This document shows positions 13,284-26,248 of a stretch of DNA of 64,000 nucleotides, in pieces. Position numbers and translations under genes: made by a program. Below the pieces are notes generated by a model, which was given only the letters and a program-made list of their open reading frames with translations, searched no databases and had not been told where the DNA came from. Within the stretch, counting starts at the first letter, position 1. The number at the start of each line of letters is the position of its first letter. The stretch is from Callorhinchus milii. Taxonomy: Eukaryota. Location: NCBI RefSeq assembly GCF_018977255.1, contig NW_024704742.1:9178001-9242000 (forward strand), read 5' to 3'.

Positions 13284-14560
13284 TATCGCTTCACCTTCCC
13301 TCCCCTTCCGTCTTCTGGCCCCAGATGTAGAATATATCACAGTGTATATCTCTTCTGATCTCTGTCCCTGACTGCTCGCTCTACTCAGCTTACTTCATAT
13401 CTAGCACTCACACTGCACCGTCGGTAAGTGAGTTTTCAACCACCAACCCTCATGATCTTGAACTCCACCATCAAAGCTTGACTTAATCTTCAATGGCGAT
13501 TCATCTTCAATGGCACTTTCAAACAGCTCAGCACCTTCCCCCCAGTCCCCAGTCCTTCTCCCATTCAGCTCATGAATTGATGAAGTGAAGATTGATGGTA
13601 AGGTCTGCCACTATGGTTATAATAATAATAATTATTGTATCCATGAAAATGCAAACAAAAACAGTGCAATGCCTTTGAAGGTACGACCACTCCTCTCCCA
13701 CCTCCACTGAGGTAAAATGACAATAATGTTAATAATAATCTTTGCATTTGATATAGCGTCTTATGACATCTCTGAGACGTCTCAGAATTCATAGATTATA
13801 ATTTAAAGTGAATTGACTGTATATTTTGTGGCGAAATGTTTAGCTGTGGCAAGGAGATTTGACAATAGTAATTAATAATAAGAATAATCCTTGCACTTGA
13901 TACAACAAGTCTAACAATTAGACATTGTAAGTGTAATGAGTTCTTGATGGGAACAATGCATTACCACAAATGACGAGATGCTCTATTTCTAACTAGAATT
14001 GGGGGCAGTAATATTTACCATCAGTGCACTAACATTTAGACATTCTCTTTAAAAGGCCCTTACTAAGGGTTGCCCCTGATTTCCCCCCCCCCACCCCCCC
14101 ACTCCCATGATGTACACTCAGCCAAAAGTTTCTTTCAAAAGGAAGATATTAGTGTAAAACTAGCTCTGCAGCTGCTAGCCAGTGTAATCCAAAGGCTGAT
14201 CTTCAGTGACATTCTTTCCCTCTGAGGGCATTGATTTCTTGCAAGTAAGGATGTGTAGCCTGAATTTGTCGCGGGCAGAATCCCATCAAATGTCGTGTAC
14301 TTCTACATTATCAGAGATATTCCTGAGCCGCAAAGGAGATTTGGAGGATTTGCACTGTAGATTCAAAATCCAAAGATAATATTTGGTTCTTAAACAATCT
14401 ACTGGCTAAATCCGAAGAGTTATCTTGTTTTTGTTATTAAAACCTGAACCAGTAGGGATCTATGCAGGAAGTAATAATGGGGATATAATGACTACCAGGA
14501 CATCGAATTTAGTCTATCACGCACATTGGCTTCACAACGCTCAATTCCCTGGCTGTGTTT

Positions 14561-15510
14561 TAGAACATGAGAATATAAGAAACACTAGACAAAAAAAAAA
14601 CAAGGTCCATCTAGTTCGCCTTCCACCTTCCTGGCTGTCGCATTGCACATATGTTCCAAATACCCATGTACTGTATCCCACAATGTTATTTCCTAAAAGA
14701 AAACTATCTAATTTGTGTTTGAAAGAATCAATACTTCCTGTGTTAACGATTTCCCTAGGGAGCCTGTTCCATAGGTTCACTATTCGCTCACTGAAATGGT
14801 GTTTGCGTAGATTCATTATTAATTTACCTCCGTTCGATCGCAGGCTATATCCTCTGGTTTTACTATTTTGGACAAGTTGAAATAGCCTGTCATGACCTAT
14901 ATTGTCTTGTCCCTTTAGAACCTTAAAGACAGAAATCTCAACATCGCCTCTAAATCTTCTCTTTTCCAGCATGAAAATATCCAATTTACTATGCTCCTCA
15001 TAGTCCAGTCCTTCCATTCGCTCAATCATTTTAGTTGCCCTCCTCTGTATCTTCTTGATTTCTCCAACATCCCTTTTGTACTGCAGTGACCAGAACTGTA
15101 CACAGTACTCTACCAAAAGTCTCACCAATGATTTATACAGGGGCAGGATTACCCCACTATTTCGACTTGCTATTGATCTTTTGATATATCCCAACATCTG
15201 TTTTGCTTTACTCACTGCCACAGAGCATTGTTGGGAGAGCTTCAGTTTATTGTCAAGCAAGACCCCCAAGTCCTTTTCATTTTCCATACATATTATTTTT
15301 CTTCTGTTCAAATAATAGGCCCTTCCAGGATTTTGTGTCCCCATTTGTACTTTACATTTCTTCACATTGAATTTCAACTGCCACCGAGCTAACTAAATCC
15401 CAAGTATCTTCAAATCCTCCTGACACCTATCTTGTTCAGCTTCGCAATCTACCACCTTCAATAGCTTGATATTATCTGCAAACTTAGCTACTGTGCTTGA
15501 AACTCCTAGC
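14561..15510 (-). mobile_element. CR1-clade LINE ORF2 C-terminal part and 3' UTR (decayed)
   Basis: KFADN (degenerate FADD), KFNVKKCKV, EKDLGV, VILPLYKSLVR, EYCVQFW, QRRATKMI and FSERIVNLWNRLP; in-frame stop upstream of ORF 14541..15377. Confidence 0.95.
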
Positions 15511-15827
15511 TTTCCTGTGATTTTTGAGTGTAAAAGTATTGCTTTTTAAATAAGTTGTTTTGATCTATGAATGTTATTGCTTTTGACATTTGTGACTCGA
15601 AAATGATTTAATTTTTAAACAAATGCCACTGGGACATTGCAAGTATTTGTGATATAATTATTGCTGGCTCATATGATGCTGATTGACAAAGCACATCACA
15701 AATAGTTTCTTTCCCTGTATTGATCTTCAACTAGTGCAATTGATGCAGTTGATAGAAAGCACGCAACAATCAACAAAGCGGATCACCCAATAGAATGAGC
15801 TATGCTTTAGTAAAACATTTTTATTTG

Positions 15828-16195
15828 ATATAATAATAATAATCCTGCTTTTGGATATAGCGCCTTATCACATCATTGAGACATTTCAAAGCATTTCACA
15901 GAATATTCTGTAAAATGATTTGACTGTAAATGCGGCAGCCAATTGCGCAGAACAGTGTCCCACAAACAATCATGGATTGAGTGACCAAATTATTATTTAT
16001 TTATTTATTCATTTATTTAGTTATTTATTTAAAAAAGCAATCCACCATCCGACTAACTGGATTCCGACTTACTGCTTGGTAAACAGAGGCATGTGAAGGA
16101 AGGAAACTTGTCCACGATTTCATCCTGCCCAGGAATCGAAACCGGGTCCTCTCGCTTGTGAGGCGAGTGCTCTAACCAATGTGCTAGAGGACTCC
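15828..16195 (-). mobile_element. SINE family A, long form
   Basis: Complete from head to tail. Confidence 0.9.
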
Positions 16196-16457
16196 ACGTG
16201 ATATATTGTAGAATAGTGACTGTATATATTTCGGTGCAAATGCCTATACTCCATCCTTCAATTATTGCCATGATTTACTTTTGCTCCTGCATCTTTCATC
16301 AGAACAGATGATATATTTAAATCCGTCTTGCAAAGAAGCAGGGAATAAATGGGCTCCGTGCAACTCCTGATGTTTATACTGTTTCAGTTTATACTGAAAT
16401 GTTAGTGGTAAATTACCATTACGTTGGCAGTATATAGGATTGGCAGTATATAGGATT

Positions 16458-16768
16458 GATCCTGTATCTCAGTGGTTACAGCACTCGCCTCACAAGCGAG
16501 AGACTTGGGTTCGATTCCCGGCAGGGTGAAATTTTGGGCAAGTCTTCTTACTCCACACGCCTGATAATAGTCCCTCAAAAAAACCCAGTAATAAATTGGT
16601 CACTTCAATCCACAATTGTTTGTGGGACACTGCTGTGTGCAATCGGCTGCCGAGTTTTGCCCACCAAATATACCGTCAATTTACTTTACAGTATATTCTG
16701 TGAAGCACTTTTAGACATCTCGAGATGTGGAAAGTGCTATATCAAATGCAAGGATTATTGTTATTATT
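16458..16768 (+). mobile_element. SINE family A, short form
   Basis: Head with B box ggttcgattccc; lacks the ctctgtttacctagcag...gatcgc segment. Confidence 0.9.
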
Positions 16769-16774
16769 TACTTA

Positions 16775-16940
16775 TTGTTGACCAAGACACCAGGAGAAAC
16801 TCTCTTCTGTTTTTGAATAGTGTCGCGGGAATTTTAACATCCACCTGAGTAGGTAGACGGGGCTTAATTTTAATATCTTATCCAAGGTATGGGACCTCTG
16901 AAAATGCAACATTCCCCAAGTGCTGCATTGGAGTGTCGAC
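16775..16940 (-). mobile_element. Deu-domain SINE core fragment
   Basis: ttgaatagtgtcgcgggaattttaacatccacctgagtaggtagacgggg. Confidence 0.7.
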
Positions 16941-18265
16941 TATCACACAGTTTGAGCCATCTTCAACCAATGTAAATCATTCACATACGCGGTCCCAGAG
17001 TCAAGCCAGTCGACGGCGCAAGAGTTGAATTTTACTGAGGTCATCCAACCAGACCAAAGAATACTGATTATACAACAAACACATGGAATAATATTGTTTA
17101 AGAACAGGAGTAAATCTTATCTAACATCTGTAGTGCTCACAAAATACTCTGTGTTCCCAATGCCGTTTGTAAGATTATAATAATAATAGTCATGGTATTT
17201 GATATAGCCTTATCATGCCTTTGAGACGTCTTAAAGCGATTCACAGAATATACTGTAAAGTGAATGGACTGTATATTTTGTGGGTGAAATTATAAAATTA
17301 TTAAATTAAATTATAGTTAATAAAGGTAACATGCAATTAAGAGGCTGCTTCAGTGATGATTATTTCTCTCTGATAAGCCTTCCCAACTGTGGCATTTTGC
17401 TCAAAATCCTTCCTAATTCCCTTTAACAAGACCTTAATCAGTTCTTCTGGGCTATTTTAATATTGATTGCTTCTATGCTATTTTATGTGCATCTCTAAAC
17501 AATTCCTTAACCTGAGCCCTCAAAATACTTCCAGTTTATGTAGCTCTACAATTCTGCTAGTGCGATGAAGAATTTGAGGTCAAAGCACAGCTTTGCAAAA
17601 ACATTTAAAAAAAAGGATGGTAGAACGAGTGCTTTGATCGCTACAATTAAGAGGCCAGAAAACACAGCCTGTGAGTACAATAGGGGATGAAGAGAGATTT
17701 GTGCAATACATTGCATAATCTGCTGACTGACATTAGGCCAGAGAATACAAGGGACAAGTGTGTCGTGAGTGGATTATTTTGCATTTTTCACTAATCCAGA
17801 TATTTCTTCTGTATGTACAGCTGCAGATTTTCAAAGACATTCTTACATAGAGCTCCGCAATAACTGCGAAGTGAGAATTTACTGTGGTCATTTATCATTT
17901 TAGCTTGGGATATATTACACACTAGAATCATTGTTGCCCTGAAATTGAGCGTGGATTATTTCTCTGTAAACTTGCACTAATGAAATTACGGCTACCTTTG
18001 ATGCACTTCTTTGAACATTGCTCCCAGCTGCCACTACACCTCACAAGCTGGAGGAGCATTACCATAAAAATTATAGCCCCAGAAACCACAATAGCATGTA
18101 TCAGTTTTTGTTTTAATTTCATTATTTATAACAATAATAATAATGATGATAATGATTCTTGCACTTGATATAGTGTCATTCATATCAAGTATAGTGACTG
18201 TGTACTTCTAAGCAAATGTCTCAAATGTCACAAATGTCCCATATTGACATCTCAGAGCTAATCTG

Positions 18266-18614
18266 GAGTCTTATAGGGAATTGGTTAGAGCACTCACCTC
18301 ACCAGCGAGAGGACGTGGGTTTGATTCCCGGGAAGTGCGAAACATTGGGCAAGTTTCCTTACTCCACACGCCTCTGTTTATGTAGCAGTAAATAGGAACC
18401 CAGTTGTTAGTCGATTGGAGGATCACTTTCCGGGGGCAATAATCGCTAAAACAAAATTGGTCACTCAATCCATGACTGTTTGTGGGACACTGTTGTGTGC
18501 AATAGGCTGTCATGTTTCGGTCACAAATTATATTCTGTGAAACGTTTTGAGACGTCTCGAAGATGTGGTAAGGCGCTATATCAAATGCAACGATTACTAT
18601 CATTATTATTATTA
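18266..18614 (+). mobile_element. SINE family A, long form
   Basis: Runs from head to tail. Confidence 0.9.
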
Positions 18615-19595
18615 TGATACTCACGTATAATGTAGGCGAACATGTAACTAATCTCCGCCAACAATGTCCCACAAACCACGGTGAGATTTGCGGCCAATTA
18701 TTCTGCATGTACTTGTACTCTGCTCTGTAAAATAGTCTCATGGGATTGTCAACAGCAACCATTGACATTGATCTAGAATCTTTCACATTGGGAGAGCATC
18801 TAAAAGCACTTCGAGAGCTGACATTATACTCGCTTAAACTGCACAGAGAGCAAACGGAGTCTCATGTTTAATACAACATGTGCAGGTTGGCACCTGTGAC
18901 AGTTCAGTTCCTTCAGTATGCGCTGGAGTGTCGACCTCGAAAGATCACGAACCAGGCAGGCCGCCAGGCTCAAGTACATGACCTTCTGACCCAGAGGACT
19001 GCAGTGCTGTGATATGACCTGAATAAATAAATCTTGGGTAAATCTTGGGTACCGCTGTAATGAGAAAAGCTTTAGGATCCGACTATTAAACAGCCTTCCT
19101 CAGGATATTGAGAAGTGGAGCCGGCTGTGTGTAGTACGTTGGGGGTGGGAGATAATGAAATCCATTCATTGTACTTGTTTGGGATTAGCATATTGTGTCA
19201 GTGAGTCTAAAGGAGCAATTATTATGCTTTTAATTCCATCTGTATGAAACTATATGACAACTTTGCTGTTCAGTTGAAGAGGTGCCAAAGAGCCACGTAC
19301 AGGAACACAGAAATCGAAGAAAAGAGGAGCCCATTCAGCCCAACAGGCGTAGCCTAGCCCATCACTTTATTAGATCTTGGCAGATTTGTTTTATTTTAAT
19401 TCCTCACCTTTTACCATACCCTTGATACCTCTATTAAAATATTTGAGTGTGTCTCTTTTATTCCCAGGCATAACGGGCGATCCACAAATCAATGTCCAGC
19501 TGCTTTTTGACGATATTCATTTGTGGCAATAACATGTAATGGGAGCTGCATGTGAAGTTTGTGGTCCACCTCTGAAATAGTAATAAATAACCCTT

Positions 19596-19967
19596 AATAA
19601 TCCTTGCAATTGATGCAGCTCTCTATCAAGTCTTCAAAATATCCCAAATGGCTTCACAAAATATACTGTAAAGTGAATTAACTGTTTATTTTGGGGGCGA
19701 GACGCGGCAGCCAATTGCGCACAGCAGTGTCCCACAAACAGTCATGGATTGATTGACCAAATTATTATTTATACATATTTTTTAAAGGGATTATTACCCC
19801 CGGAAAAATGATCCATCAGTTAACTAACAACCAGGTTCCTACTTACTGCTAGGTAAACAAAGTTATGTGGAGTAAGGAACCTTGTCCGATGTTCCACCCT
19901 GCCGGGAATCGAAACAAGATCTCTCGCTTGTGAGGTGAGTGCTCTGATCATTGAGCTATAGAACTCC
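19596..19967 (-). mobile_element. SINE family A, long form
   Basis: Runs from head to tail. Confidence 0.9.
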
Positions 19968-20170
19968 ATGGAAGGTGAGAGACAATGCTCAATGTGACTG
20001 CAGACACCAGTCGCAAACAATAGAGCACATTGTAAATCAATGCTCGCTTCAATTGTTTGCCGGCAGCATCTCAGACTTGCACGAAGCCAGTTCTGAAGCT
20101 ACTCACTGGCTCACTAATCTGGGCTTGGCTATTTAAATGTTACTAATCACTTCTCTTGCCATATGAAAGT
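19968..20170 (+). mobile_element. Ingi/Vingi-like (I-group) LINE C-terminus and 3' end
   Basis: WKVRDNAQCDCRHQSQTIEHIVNQC...DLHEASSEATHWLTNLGLAI*: CxC-x8-H-x4-C zinc knuckle followed by LH...WL, then a short 3' UTR ending gccatatgaaag. Confidence 0.6.
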
Positions 20171-20309
20171 AGCCATAGTATTGTGCCTCTACAGCTTTCT
20201 GGAGCAGAGCATCCCACATCTTCACAACACAGTGTGTGGAGAAATGCTTCCTAACCTCGGGCCTCACTGTTTTGGTTTTGATATTAAGGTTGTGCCCCCT
20301 TGGAATTAA

Positions 20310-20600
20310 TCCCTCCGGCCTTTTGCTTGTCCCTCACACCCTCCACCCCACCATCGAAGGTCGCGCTTTCAGCCACTATGCCCTGAAACTGGAGAACACT
20401 CTCCCTCAATCCCTCCGCCTTGCCCCCTCTCTCCCTTTTTTCAAGTCCCACCTGAAGACCTTCCTCTTTGACAGTGCTTTTGGCCCCCTCCCCACGCCCA
20501 GCTCGGAATCAGGCTCTGCCACTGTTAAGCACTCTGAGACTCTATCCTGCGTGGAGGGCGCTATATAAGCGCATGTTGTTGCTTTTATTGTTGTTGTTGT
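20310..20600 (+). mobile_element. L2 LINE 3' end (tail type gtggagggcgctatata)
   Basis: GRAFSHYA..LENTLPQSLR..FKSHLKTFLF; (TTG)n tail. Confidence 0.85.
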
Positions 20601-20835
20601 TTACCTAGCAGTAAGTAGAAACCCGGTTGCTTTTCGATAGGCAGATCACTTTCTGGAGGAAATAATCCCTTCAAAAAAAATACATTTTGGTTACTCATTC
20701 CACAACTGTTTTTGGCACGCTGCTGCGCGCAATTGGCTGCCACGTTTTCCCTACGAAATACACAGTCAATTCACTTTACTATATATTCTGTAAAGTGCTT
20801 TGAGACGTCTCAAATGCAAGGATTATTTTTATTAT
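20599..20835 (+). mobile_element. SINE family A lacking head
   Basis: Starts at ttacctagcagtaagtag directly after the L2 tail. Confidence 0.85.
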
Positions 20836-20837
20836 CA

Positions 20838-21050
20838 TCCTTCTCTTTTTGAGTAGTGCCTTGGGATCTTTAACGCCACCTGAACAGGCAGTTAGGGCTT
20901 CAGTTTAATACATCATCTGAAAGGCAACACCTCCAACAATTCAGCATACCCCCAGTACTGAATTCACGTATCAGCATAGACTATAATGGGTTCCAAGTCC
21001 TGCATGGAGCTTGTACCCACAGCTTCTATCTCTCAGGCCAGTTCTGCCAA
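20838..21050 (-). mobile_element. Deu-domain SINE
   Basis: gtgccttgggatctttaacgccacctgaacaggcag...catctgaaaggcaacacctccaaca. Confidence 0.7.
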
Positions 21051-22415
21051 CTCAGCGAGGTTGGTGTTATCAACATTGGAACACAGAATATGGTCCCAGG
21101 GCAATGAGCCATCACAGAGCAAACTGTTGTGCTCGTCTCTAGATAATAATACATTTAAATACCTCTAAACGCTTTACAAAAATACTGAAATTCAAAGTTG
21201 TTGTAGTTGACTGGAAGATGATTTTAAATGAGTTTTGTGCTGCTGCGAATTTTGCAGACAGATAACTCTATTGAATTCATTTGGACAGTGAATAAATTCT
21301 ATGACTAGCCAGGCAATATCTATGTATACCAGCTGAATCTATAACGCTTCAATTCTTTGAATTCCTTCACAAAATGATAATAATAAATTGATTACTCAAT
21401 CCAGGACTGTTTGTGGGACACTGCTATGTGCAATTGGCTGTTGCGTTTCACCCACAAAATATACAGTCAATTTACCTTACAGTATATTCTGTGAAGGGCT
21501 TCAAGACGTCTCGAAGACGTGATGGGGGCACTATATCAAATCCAAGGAGTATTATTATACTAATGACACCCTGCCTTTTCCCTCGATCAACTTGCTGAGT
21601 TATCGGGGCAAGGTTTCTGACCCACCTATTACCTGGCATTATTGAGTTCAAATCCTTACAACTACTGCTGGATGTGAATAGCACTTATTGCAGCTCATTC
21701 CTGCTAATTGCAGTGAACATCATTCATTAGCTCAGGGGTCTGCAGGTCACTGCAGCAGACGAGATTTAAGATGGAATGAATCTCCTTACTGATTTATAAA
21801 CGAGGATTATATGTCAATCAAGAAATATTGCCCATAAATTATGGTAGTCTCCGACAATGAAGGGGAGGGCGATTGATTTGGAACTTTAAAGAAGCAAATG
21901 CACCTTTTTTTAAAAAAAACTTTTTTTTAGTTCTCTTCTTGGCTTTGAACACCTTTTGCTGACCATAATTCCCTTTACTTTAAACCAGGAAGTGCGGACA
22001 CCAATTGAGTAATCTTGTCACTTACTCCACAAAGAGACTGCATGCTGACAAGTAAACCTGTCCATGGCGCTGCTAAGTGTCAACTTATCCTGAACTCCTC
22101 CGAAAGGAATTTGAAGGCAATGTTTGCGTAGACAGTTTCTGAACGTTTCCAACATCTGTATCCAGTTTACTATTCAACAACTGTAGCTTTGACAAGAAAT
22201 ACATGTTCTGTATTTCCTTTTGTTCCTTTCGAGTCAGGAAATGAAATGCTAGTCTCTGCATCACTTACTTCCCTAGTGCAGCAATCTAACATGACTGTAA
22301 TGGGCCTTTCACCAACATTACAGGTGTGGAGGAATCTGCTGCCAAAATTGCCTTGGAAACCTACCTTTGAGTATATATAGACCAGGGCTGAAATACTTCT
22401 GGTGTAATCATCAAA

Positions 22416-22690
22416 TCATATAATTATACAGCACAGAAGGAAGCCATTTGGTCCATTGTGCCCATGCCAGCTCTTGAAAGAGCTGTCCAAATGAAGCCCA
22501 CTCCCCCGTTCTCTCCCCATAGCCCTGCAAATTTGTCCTCCCAAATATCTATCCACTTCTCTCTTGAAAGTTGTTATCGAATCGGCTTCCACTATCCTTT
22601 CAGGCAATGCATTCCAGATCTGAACAACTCACTAAGCAAAATTTCTCCTCTTCTCCCCTCTGAATCTTTTGACAACCATCTTAAATGTAA
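22416..22690 (-). mobile_element. CR1 LINE 3' end
   Basis: LPERIVEADSITTFKREVDRYL followed by a CR1-type 3' UTR. Confidence 0.85.
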
Positions 22691-22777
22691 TGTCTTGTCT
22701 TCCATACTATGTATCCAAACTGTACTAATTCACTTTAGAAAACTGGTGGTTAGTGTTTGGAACCATTATTTTGTTTT

Positions 22778-23110
22778 GCTTAGCCAGGTGTTTGACACAA
22801 TCATCACCATGTTTAGGAGTATGCGAGTGCCATGCATGCCACCTACACATGGAAATTCCTGTGTCTGGAACAAAATGTCTGGAACAAAATCTCTCTCTGG
22901 AGGGATGCATCCCCCTTACCTAACTACTGAGAATATTAAGCACAGGTTTGCAAGAGCCAAAGCTTGGGGACTTCAGAGTATACATTGTGGTAACTTGCCT
23001 TTGAATATACCATCTGGCAAGCTTTCCCACTGCTTGTCCAACTAGGACCATCTTACCCGTTAAGGCTTTGGCTTACAGGGTTAACGGGAGTGGGAAGAGT
23101 CCTTCATCCA
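22778..23110. repeat. Family U copy (more diverged)
   Basis: Collinear with 48700-49090. Confidence 0.8.
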
Positions 23111-23589
23111 AGTGCACCCAGCATCACAGTGGACAATTCAGTGACAATATCACTATTAATATAACTTCTGTTTTTATTTAAAACTGTTAGATGTTCACAG
23201 ATAATTGTTGCCAAGCGTAATGGCTGTATGCATAGGCAAATGCAGCAGTTAGGGTATTCACAGCAATTTTCTCACAAACATCCATAACACGAATGGCCAA
23301 GTTATCTGGAGGATGTTGGCCTGGACATCAGGAGAAATTGCCTTTCTCTTTTCAAGAGAACGTACCACCTTTTGACCCAAGAGTGCTACAAATACCAAAT
23401 GTAGCTGAATTTCAGAAATTCCTGGGTTCAAGTTCCACTTCGGGACTTTGAATTCATGACAAGCCTCCAAATATACAGTCTTCATACTGTATGCTATGAA
23501 ATGCTTTGAGAAAGTGAAAGACACTATGTCAAATGCAAGATTATTATAATGGTGCTTTGGTAAACGACAAGTAATGTAATAATATAAAA

Positions 23590-23901
23590 ATAATAATAAT
23601 AATCCTTGCATTTGATATAGCGCTTTTCACGTCTTCTAGACATCTCAAAGCGCTTCACAGAATATGTATATTCACAGACTGTATATTTGTGGGTGAAACG
23701 CGCAGCCAATTGTGCACAGCAGTGTCCCACAAACAGTCGTGGATTGAAAATGATTGATTTACTGTTGGTTTTGCTTTTGGAGGGATTATTTTTTTAGGTG
23801 TGTGGAGTAAGGAAACTTGCCCAAGGTTTCGCCCTGCCTGGAATTGAACCCAGGTGTCTCGCTTGCAAAGCGAGTGCTCTAACCACTGAACTACAGGACT
23901 A
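23590..23901 (-). mobile_element. SINE family A, short form
   Basis: Head to tail, low divergence from other short copies. Confidence 0.9.
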
Positions 23902-24756
23902 CATAATGGATGAAGCTGATCCAACTGTCAGTTGTAGTATCTGACTAATAAATATTGCATAATGCCCAAGTCTCCAGGAAATTCACATGACCCATGATCT
24001 CTTTCACTTGACCTGGGTGTTGATAAACAGTGATACTAATAATACCATGATGTCTTAAGCAATAAAAATGTAACATGCTGCTAAATAGCATCCTATTAAT
24101 CTGTGTCTACAGTTAGGTGCATATTTTCATGCAGAACATTTCAAGGATTAATTGGATGGATCAAAAGGATGCATAAGAAATGAAATGATTAAAAATGTTG
24201 TGATTTGTTGATTTCTTATTATTCCACCACTTTAATTCAGACCAATCCTGTGAGATTTTACACCAGTATCATATTTCTGAACTAAACCTTTAAACAAATG
24301 TAAAACAAGATGAACACATCACTTAGATTTCCGTGAATTAAGTTTCCTGTTATTGAAACACAGTATGTTAAAAAGGAACCTGACCGACCCTGTGTGGCAC
24401 TTAAAATGGATTACAATTTCTAAAAATAGAAGAAAGTAACTCAAGTGAAAAAGGAATTAGAATTGCCCATTTATTTGAAGCTACATTTGATTCCCAGCTT
24501 GTGTTGCACTTCAGTTGTATTTGAGATCAGGGTCTGGTGCACAAGGGGTGCTGAATACTGCTCCTGTTAGTGATGGTGCCTTCCGTCAATGATCATGCCA
24601 AACACTCAACTCCCATCAGCTAATTCAGCTTGTGTTATGCCCGATCCCTCCATCACACCATCGGTGGCTGTGCCTTCAGATACTATGCCCCTAATCTCTG
24701 GAACTTCCTGCCTCAGTCCCTCCACCTAACTCCCTCTTTATCTATCTTTATGCAGT

Positions 24757-25776
24757 ACTGTAGCTCAGTGGTTAGAGCACTCACCCGGCAAGTGACAAAC
24801 CTGATTCCTGGCAGGTGAAATGTTGGGCAAGTTTCCTTACTCCACACACCTCTGTCTTGGGCGGCGTTCCTCGGGGCTCTGTCCTTGGTTCCCTCTTCTT
24901 CACTATCTATATGCTCCCTCTTGGTGACATCATCCACAGACATGGGATCAACTTCCACATGTATGCGGATGACACCCAACTGCACCTCTCTGCCTCCACC
25001 CTTGACTCCAGGACCACTGCTATCCTAACAGAATGTCTGTCAGACATCAAGTCCTGGATGAGAGCTAACATTCTTCAGTTGAACGTCAACATGACCGAGG
25101 CTCTCCTGATTGGTTCCTGTCAGCGCCTCCACACCTCAGGCGCTGACAGCATCACCATCATTGGTTGCACACTCAACCTTGCTTCAAGTCCCCCACCTTA
25201 CTTGTCCCATTATTGGCGGGTGGGCCTTCTGCCACTCTGCCCCACCCTCTGGAACTCCATCCCGCAGTCCCTCTGTCTCGCCCCCTCCATCGCCACCTTC
25301 AAGACCCACCTCAAGACCCTCCTCTTTGACCGTGCTTTTGATCTCCCTGCTTCCCCCCCGCCCTCCACCCTCCCACACCCTAACCCCCATCTCTGGTCCG
25401 TAATTCTGTCTGTCCAGCGCCTTGGGACATCCTCCCGACGTGAAAGGCACTTTACAAATGTAATTTTGTTGTTATTGTATTAGCAAATAGTGCTTGTTGT
25501 TATCTAGCAGTAAGTAAGAACCTGGTTGTTAGTTGTTTGGCGGATCGCTTTTCTGGGGGTAATAATTCCTTCAAAAAATAAATAATAATAATAATAAATT
25601 GGTAACTTCAATCCATGACTGTTTATGGGACACTGCTGTGCGCAATTGGCTGCCGTGTTTCACCCACAAAAAAAATACAGTCAATTCACTTAACAGTATA
25701 TTCCATGAAGTGCTTTAAGATGTCTCAAAGATGTGATAAGGCGCTATATGCAATGCAAGGATTATTATTATTATTT
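24757..25776 (+). mobile_element. SINE family A (long) split by an L2 insertion
   Basis: Head 24757-24856 ends cctctgt; the SINE resumes at about 25500 (tatctagcagtaag). Confidence 0.85.
24853..25481 (+). mobile_element. L2 LINE fragment with internal deletion
   Basis: GVPRGSVLG, HMYADDTQL, LSDIKSWM, then a jump to LWNSIP...FKTHLKT; ttgttg tail. Confidence 0.9.
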
Positions 25777-26034
25777 ATAGCTGCTGTGCTATGGCACCTG
25801 ACATTCTGAAGTGTTTTATTTGGTATGTTGTATGAATGCACCTGATCGGAATCACCTCCGGAATCTAATATAAAGTACTTGACTTCCAAACAATGTGTTT
25901 TGAAAGGGACTTTTGAAAAAATACAGTTTTTATATTTTGGGAGCTATCAAACTGATTTATTGTAATGAATTGATGAAGGATTGATGGGTTGATGTGTAAA
26001 TTGGTGAGAATCAGTTGCATTTATAAAACCATAT

Positions 26035-26248
26035 TTCCTTCAAAATTATTAATAATAATAAAAATTGGTCACTCAATCTATGATTGCTTATGGGACACTG
26101 CTGTGGGCAATTGGCTGCCGCGTTTCACCCACAAAATATACAGTCAATTCACTTTATAATATATTCTGTGAAATGCTTTGAAATATCTCGAAGTCGTGAT
26201 AAGACGCTATATCAAACAAGGATTATTATTATTATCATTATTATTATA
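26035..26248 (+). mobile_element. SINE family A 3' half
   Basis: Body and tail match family A. Confidence 0.85.

Noticed and set aside
14541..15377. 278-aa ORF
   Set aside because: Decayed CR1 ORF2 C-terminus with an upstream stop and a FADN catalytic motif.
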